NCBI GenBank assembly: GCA_002811645.1
Contig: PDIP01000262.1
Location: forward strand, 1 to 54,870
DNA length: 54,870 bases
Source of the DNA: Corallochytrium limacisporum Hawaii
Taxonomy: Eukaryota; Protista; Pluriformea
Direction of reading: 5' to 3'
The stretch's first letter is position 1, and every line of letters starts with the position of its first letter. Positions 52,976 through 54,870 of this stretch are shown piece after piece. The notes beneath the pieces were generated by a model. It was not told the DNA's origin, made no database searches, and was given only the letters and a program-made list of their open reading frames with translations. Position numbers and translations under genes: made by a program.

Positions 52976-54870
52976 GCTGACGCGCAGTAGTTTGCCATTC
53001 GGTCACCTTTCGCAACAAATCCGTGCTTTGGCCCTACTGACCAATGGTCTGGGCCATGACTTGTCTTCACTTGGGATCCTCAGACAAAAACTCTGAACCA
53101 TGTGTCGCGGTGTTTTACCCCCGGCAACAAATGTATCCGCTCCCGATTTTAACCATAAAGGAGACTGCAAACAGGAGGTATATTAAATTGTCGTCGATTA
53201 TATTGTGGGTGCCTTTTGTTGGTGGTATTTTCTTATTCCAGGAAGACTTGCTCAAACAGATATTTTTGGGAGGGAACCAGCCAGGGAAGACGTGGAGGAG
53301 ACTCAGGGACGAGAGATCGTACCAAACCAGCCAACTGTCGCATGCATCTTATGACGGTAATGCTTGTCTCCTCAGGTGTCTTTGCTTCTTGTGTGATAAC
53401 GCGTGTTCCTGACCCGGGCGACGGGGGCCAAGCACCCGATATCTCTTGTGTGCCACGGAAAAGCGAGGAGATAGAATAGGGGAACAAACAAGAAGAGAGG
53501 CATTAAAGAAAAAACCAGCCCCAATGGGAGAAGTATGAAAGAAGGCATTGACTCGGTACTAGATTCAAGAGAATCCGCGATAGCCTGAGGCCTGACGCAG
53601 GGACACCTGTAGAGCGGTAGTGACATAGTTGTCCGTGCGGAATAAAAATCCGGGGATGTCCCGATCAGGTAGACGGAGCTACCCGAATTCATCCATGAGA
53701 CTGCCTGCGCCTAAGTCGAAGTTTGGCAAGCTAAACTGAGCCACAATCAAAAGTAGGATAAGAGAGCACCAACAGAAGGATGAATAGACAAAGGGGTGAA
53801 CACCTGGCTGTGTCTGTGGTGGAAGTCGCTGCATACTTCATTGACTACCAGTGCAAACTCAACAACCCAGCATTGAATGAATCGTGCGTGCTTGAGCGAA
53901 ATGGCCGAAACGCAATGCTTCACAGTTGCCGTTGTATCCGGACGGGTGGTCTACCCGCACTGTGCGAATGCCACCGCAGAGCAGTCCACCTGTCCATGGT
54001 GGCACGAAGAAATGGGATGAAAGACAATACCCCTGAGGCTGTCCCAAAATGGCAGGAAAAACCTCAATGGGCTTCAATAGTTCGTCGGAGAAAGGGTTGA
54101 AAGTTCCATCTTAATCTTCGATGCAGTGGTCCAGGAGATGCGATGAGTATCCGATGTGTGTATGGTGGCTCTCTGTTGCTCTCCGTGCAATACAATATAC
54201 CACCATGCTGTGTACTGGACTGCTCTACAGTCCTGGTCTACAGTTCTGGTCTACCCTGTGGGTCTTGGTGCGGCCACTGATTGTAGTAAAATGTTGTCCT
54301 CAGCTGTCTTGGGCTGTTGAAAACCGGAAGTGTGACCGCAAGAGTGGAAGAAGCAAAATGTCCCCGCTTGCACATGGCCTTTAGTGACGTGGTGTGGAGC
54401 ACCATATCATTATCATTCTGAATCCCTAAGAGAGGGTGGAGTGTAACGTTGCTCACAGGGATGTTGGGTACCTTATTATTAGTAAGAATATAAATATGTA
54501 CCATAGCCTATCCACTGTATTTTCCGCTTCAAGCTCATCCCGTTTTTGACGGAATCGATCCTTTTCGATTACCCAAGAACTCATCACAAATAGGAAACAT
54601 ACTGGCGCGATCTACCCTAGATATACAGACACCACCGGGATCAGCTGGCGCCGAACGCAGGAGTGAGCTCGATGCGGTCGCTGTTGATGTAACACAGCCT
54701 GAAAGAAACGGACGGGTGGGGAAAGGATAAGCGATGGTACACGGCTGGACTATTGCGCGCGTACACAATTGCACGTCCGTACTCTGCCGTCGGGCAGGAC
54801 TGCTTGCCTCCTAGGTGCCGCCTTTAATGCATTTCGGAGAAGCGACCGCAAGGCCACGGGACATGTAGAC

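Noticed and set aside
1-54870. Giant-virus or prokaryotic origin suggested by intronless genes
   Set aside because: No viral core genes, operons or SD motifs. Low gene density, Kozak-like starts and Golgi type II enzymes indicate a eukaryotic nuclear locus.

Overview
Eukaryotic scaffold segment with about 12 apparently intronless protein genes. Starts have a purine at -3 (Kozak-like), there are no Shine-Dalgarno motifs or operons, and most genes have a TATA-like box upstream. Long intergenic stretches hold degenerate coding relics, small tandem repeats and homopolymer-rich blocks that look like low-quality gap-fill. There are two N gaps (32306-32405, 48804-48913). Gene content is strongly skewed to secreted and secretory-pathway proteins: an aerolysin/ETX-MTX2-like pore-forming protein, an SLC19 transporter, a two-domain beta-rich orphan, a 22-Cys knottin-like protein, a TLC membrane protein, a secreted C2-like orphan, a bacterial-type GH2 beta-hexuronidase, a GDSL esterase, a purple acid phosphatase (probably falsely duplicated across a gap), a convergent pair of Golgi-type glycosyltransferases (DUF115/Maf-like and a GT77-like+GT10 fusion), and two paralogous Gly/Ala-rich repeat precursors with dibasic RR sites and conserved upstream elements. 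Main leads: (1) a possible multi-component pore-forming toxin set sharing a GGTATTTAAG-type box, (2) a putative nonulosonic-acid transferase plus fucosyltransferase pair, (3) Kex2-type repeat precursors. The host is probably an intron-poor microbial eukaryote; a unicellular holozoan is a low-confidence guess. All family calls come from motif recognition by eye, not from database searches. No rRNA, tRNA or CRISPR array was seen.
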